A stretch of DNA of 64,000 nucleotides from Guillardia theta CCMP2712 (lineage: Eukaryota > Protista > Cryptophyta): assembly GCF_000315625.1 (NCBI RefSeq), contig NW_005434662.1, positions 537,794 through 601,793 on the forward strand, given 5' to 3'. Numbering within the stretch: position 1 is the stretch's first letter; the number at the start of each line of letters is the position of its first letter. The notes under the pieces are model-generated. The model searched no databases. It was not told the DNA's origin and was given only the letters and a program-made list of their open reading frames with translations. The position numbers and the translations under genes were made by a program. Below, one piece after another: positions 60,287 through 64,000 of the stretch.

Positions 60287-63200
60287 TCATTGGCAGGAGC
60301 GATGCCTTCCGCGTCTTGCCTGTCGAGCTTCGATCAGCGGACACCTCACAGCAAGCCAGTCGAGGGTACGTGGTATCGAGGGTGAGAGCCGTCCGGGTCT
60401 GGATGTGAATGGAGTTGAGGAGCTCTGAGGAGAGGTGACGTCATCATCGGACGTGGGCCGCAGCCTTGTCACTTGCCTGTTTCCAACTCCTTGAGGGCGT
60501 CGGAGATTGACTGGGGGTTGGGGTCATGGGGCCGCCGAGGAAGGAGCGCAATGGGACTTCACCTTGTAGCTGGTGCACCTCCCGGCGTTCCAGTCCTCCA
60601 GCAGGGCGTCGGACTTGACGGCAATCAGGTCCTCTATCCTCGTCCGGAGAGATTCCTTGGTAGGGTCAGGCATGCCGGTGGGCCGGCGGTGTCAGGACTT
60701 ACCTGCAGTGAGCGGCCGCTCTCCGACAGATACTGCGGAAATCCATCATTCAGGTTGCACTGCCGGGCTCTACTTCACTCGCCTGTTTGAACTTGTTCTG
60801 GAACATGGACATGCTCTCGGCTCCCTCGCTCGTCGAGTTGATCGAGACCTTGGAGTAGCTCTTCACGCACAAGGCGGCCGGGGGAGGGGGAGGAGCGCTG
60901 GTGGGACAGAGCAGCAGGGCGGCTGGAGGGGAAGGACTTGCGGCTACCTGCACGATGCGGAGGGCCCGTTCGAGAACTTTCTTGTCATGCATCCCCAGCT
61001 TGATGGGCCGCGTGAGTCCGAGGAGGGTGCAGGAGGGCAAGTTGACTTGTCACCTGTGTGATGACGGTCGAGTCCAGCTGCGTGACGCCGTCGGGTTGAG
61101 CCCTGCAGGATGACTCCTGCTGATCGAGTCGGCGGAGGCGGGAGGGGCGAGAGGAGGGAGGACGCGGTCACCTCAGCGATCTTGTGTAGAATGATCCTTT
61201 GCTGCCATTTGTCTTGGATGCCAATCTCTGCATGCAGATAGTGAGCAAGCGACAGACAGCCATGAAGGTCATCGGCAGGACCGGATTCCAACGACAGGTT
61301 GGTGAGCCCAAGCAGCCGCATCCCATCGACGTCTTTCAGGTAGAAGTTTCTTCTCGGATGAAGATCAGGCCAGGGAGGAAGAAGGAGGGAAGGAGGGAGG
61401 GAGGGAGGGAAGGAAGGAAAGGCAGATGGATGGGTGGATGAAGGGAGGAGGGTGGGGTGGGTGGGAGGGGAGGGAGGGAGGGAGGGTGAGAGATCTAGCA
61501 TGGTGAGGCGGGTAGCAGGGCGACAGCAGCAAACCTGGAGTGTTCAGGGAAACCAATCTTCTCGATGAAAGCAGCAACCTTGAATCAGGAGTCAAAAGCT
61601 CTTCACCCCCTACTCTTCCAGCCTTTTCACCTCCTCCCGATCCCAATCAAGGATGTCCGTAACCTGCACAGGGTGTGAGGGCTCGGGAGGGTTGTCAGGG
61701 GTGAGGGGAGGAAGCAAACGAGCTACCAGGGGGAACCACGGGCTCTTAGGGGCCTCCTCCACATCGTTCTTCTTCCCGCGAGCCACCAGCCTTATCCTCA
61801 TCCTCCCGACTCTGCTGGGGGTGAAGACGCACGTGTACATCCCGTTCCCGTGGTCAATCACCTCAGACTCGATCGGCTCCCCGAACCCGACGACATCGCC
61901 TGCAAGCTCCATGGGCACCTCCTGCCTCCCCCCGCCCGCCCCGTCTGCCTCTTCCTCCTCTTGACTCGCTCCCTTGCACTCCTGCACGAGCAGGTTCCAC
62001 TTCACTCCCCCCGTAGACACCCTGTTGCCGTAGCGATCCCGCGTGACAATCGTGAAGGCCATTGGCAAGTTCTTTCCACCCTTGATCAGCCCGCGGCCGC
62101 TCGTCGTACAGTGGGGAATCGAGACGGGCCCATGGCGCACGAAGAGGTGGAAAGGGCTGTTGTACACGTGCCTGTTCCCCTCCAGCATCACCTTGAGCTG
62201 GTACACGCCTGCCCTCGTTGGGGCCTCGTAGGAGACGAGGTACTCTCCCTGCTGCGAGTCTACAACGTCCAGAGCCTTGGGAGGCTGGTCAGGAGGAGCA
62301 AGGCGTACGTAGAGCGCTCCCCCCGGGCAGGGGTTCTGAAAGCGATCCCTACCGTGGATGGTGAAAATAGCCTTCTCCCCTACGATAACCCGAGCGGCTC
62401 CCTCTCCCGTCACCCTCGTCGTGTATGCGTCCAGGGTAGCGGCGAGGATCGAGATGCTGTAGGGGCTGCCAGCGATGGGCACCCGTCGGCCTGGCCCAAA
62501 GTCCGTCTCGCTCTTGGAGTCCTCGAGGAAGATGTGGATCTTGTAGTTGCCGATCCTCGAGCCGTCGAAGTAGCAGATGTGGTTGTTGGTAGCAGGACTC
62601 GGCATCACTTTGGCCGGTACCCTGATGCCGAAGTCGACGTCCTCGATGTCTACAGTGAAGTCCAGGAAGCCGTCGTTGTCGTTGAGCATGATGCCATAGC
62701 GGTCGCGAGGCTGCACGAAGAACATGCACGAGTCATCAGCCCTCGGCTGCCTCTGCACCCCCGGGCCCTCGGCGGTACAACTGGGAGCATGGCATAGGCC
62801 CTTGGTGAAGGGCGACTGGAATACTCTCCTCATCTCGTCGTTGCGACACATCTCGATGGGGAGGCGGCGCTGTGCGTCAGGGATGTTCAGGTCAGCCCGC
62901 TCTGCGATGAGCAGGCGGGCAGTGTGGACGTGCCCTCGCTCGGTCGCCATGTGCAGTGCGGTCATCTTCTGCTGTCCTCCTCGCTCGTCGATGTACGCCC
63001 TCGACACGATGAGCGCCTTGCAGCACCACGAGTGTCCGTTGGTCGCCGCAAGGTGCAGAGGCGTCATGATCTCGTTGGACACTCGGCCGACGTCAGCCCT
63101 GGCATCCAGCATCACCTCAACGCTCTGAAGCTGACCTCTCTCCGCGCTATGGTGCAAGGGAAGCTTGCCGGAGCCGTCCGGGTGGTTCATGTCGGCGCCA

Positions 63201-63606
63201 TGCAGGGAAAGGTGGACGACTATGTTGACGTTCCCCCGGTAAGCTGCTTTCTTGAGAGGCGTGTCATTGTACTTGTCCACTGCATTCACATCCGCCTTGT
63301 GCTCAAGCAGGACAGTGCAGATCTCCAGGAAGCCCCCAGCTGCAGCTCGGTGGAGAGGAGTGGTACCGATGTTGTCCCTCTCATGAACGAGCTCCGGATC
63401 GTTATTGAGCAGCTCACTAACGGCTCGGAGATCGCCCTTGCGGCACGCGTCCTGCATCCTGTTGCCTGCTACTTCCACAAGCTCCTCATGGTAGCTTGAT
63501 CCTAAGTAGGTTCCTCGCCCACATTCTACCTACCATCATCAGAAACCCTGCCTTCACCTTGATCGACTCCTCCTCCTCCTCCTCCTCCTCCCCGCGCTCT
63601 CGTCAT
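60287..63606 (-). CDS. Ankyrin repeats + three filamin-type Ig repeats + SAM domain protein; ends approximate
   Basis: Ankyrins (GTTPLHRAAAGG, MTPLHLAATNGH). Filamin repeats (PIAGSPY, FTIHGRDRFQN, HVYNSPF, FTIVTRDRYGNR, DHGNGMYTCVFTP). SAM-like segment ILDWDREEV...DVDGMRLLGL...IGIQDKWQQRIILHKI. Confidence 0.85.
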
Positions 63607-63894
63607 TGTTGTGGATATGTTCCCTCCATTTCGCACTAGGATTTAACCTTGTTTTCGTTGCTTACCGCTAATATACTGCATATTAGCGTTGACTTTGATT
63701 ATAGTCTATTGTTTTAAATTATTTTATGAAGCGGCAAAAATATTCAATTGATTCTAAGAACGTTTTTATTTATATTCTATTGCGATGTTTATAGATATGC
63801 GATCAAAAACTATTTTATAGCTTTCATGCCCACTTCACGTGCGCTTTGGCTGAGCGATGAGAGGGGAGAGTGGAAGAGACGAGGGAAGCGGAGG

Positions 63895-64000
63895 AGAGGA
63901 AAAGAGAAGGAGAGAGAAGGAGAGAGAAGGAGAGAGAAGGGGAGAGAAGGGGAGAGAAGGGGAGAGAAGGAGAGAGAAGGAGAGAGAAGGGGAGAGAAGG
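63895..64000. repeat. (AGAGAGAAGG)n polypurine tandem repeat
   Basis: About 10 copies of a 10-bp unit, running to the window end. Confidence 0.9.

Noticed and set aside
61850-63499. Long plus-strand ORFs antisense to the ankyrin-filamin gene (similarly 19854-20459 and 10829-11721)
   Set aside because: Expected shadow ORFs of GC3-rich coding sequence, with no recognisable domains.
63895-64000. Telomeric repeat
   Set aside because: A polypurine AGAGAGAAGG tract, similar to other purine tracts in the window. Nothing indicates a chromosome end.

Overview
Gene-dense eukaryotic nuclear DNA with many short (~45-65 nt) GT-AG introns. Gene families and intergenic style suggest a cryptophyte alga (Guillardia/Hanusia-like); this is inference. 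About 27 protein-coding loci can be supported. They include an XMAP215/TOG microtubule polymerase, a fucosyltransferase-like protein, a TBC Rab-GAP, YchF, GH35 beta-galactosidase, proteasome beta-type-1, a TruA/PUS1 pseudouridine synthase, fatty acid 2-hydroxylase, a bacterial-type dCTP deaminase and an ankyrin-filamin-SAM protein. The standout is a minus-strand gene at 57953-59529 that the ORF track only partly shows. Its N-terminal region is built from 11 consecutive phase-0 micro-exons: ten single-codon 3-nt exons and one 6-nt exon. Each has canonical splice sites, and the introns before them have unusually distant branch points and AG-free zones. Spliced together they give an open 138-aa Cys-knuckle + SAM-like protein. 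Also notable: a 2.6-kb element with 23-bp terminal inverted repeats and no recognisable transposase, recurring GC-rich intergenic islands full of perfect palindromes, and a dispersed ACTTAACTTTGAGT repeat/MITE family. Gene boundaries were spliced by eye and are approximate unless stated.
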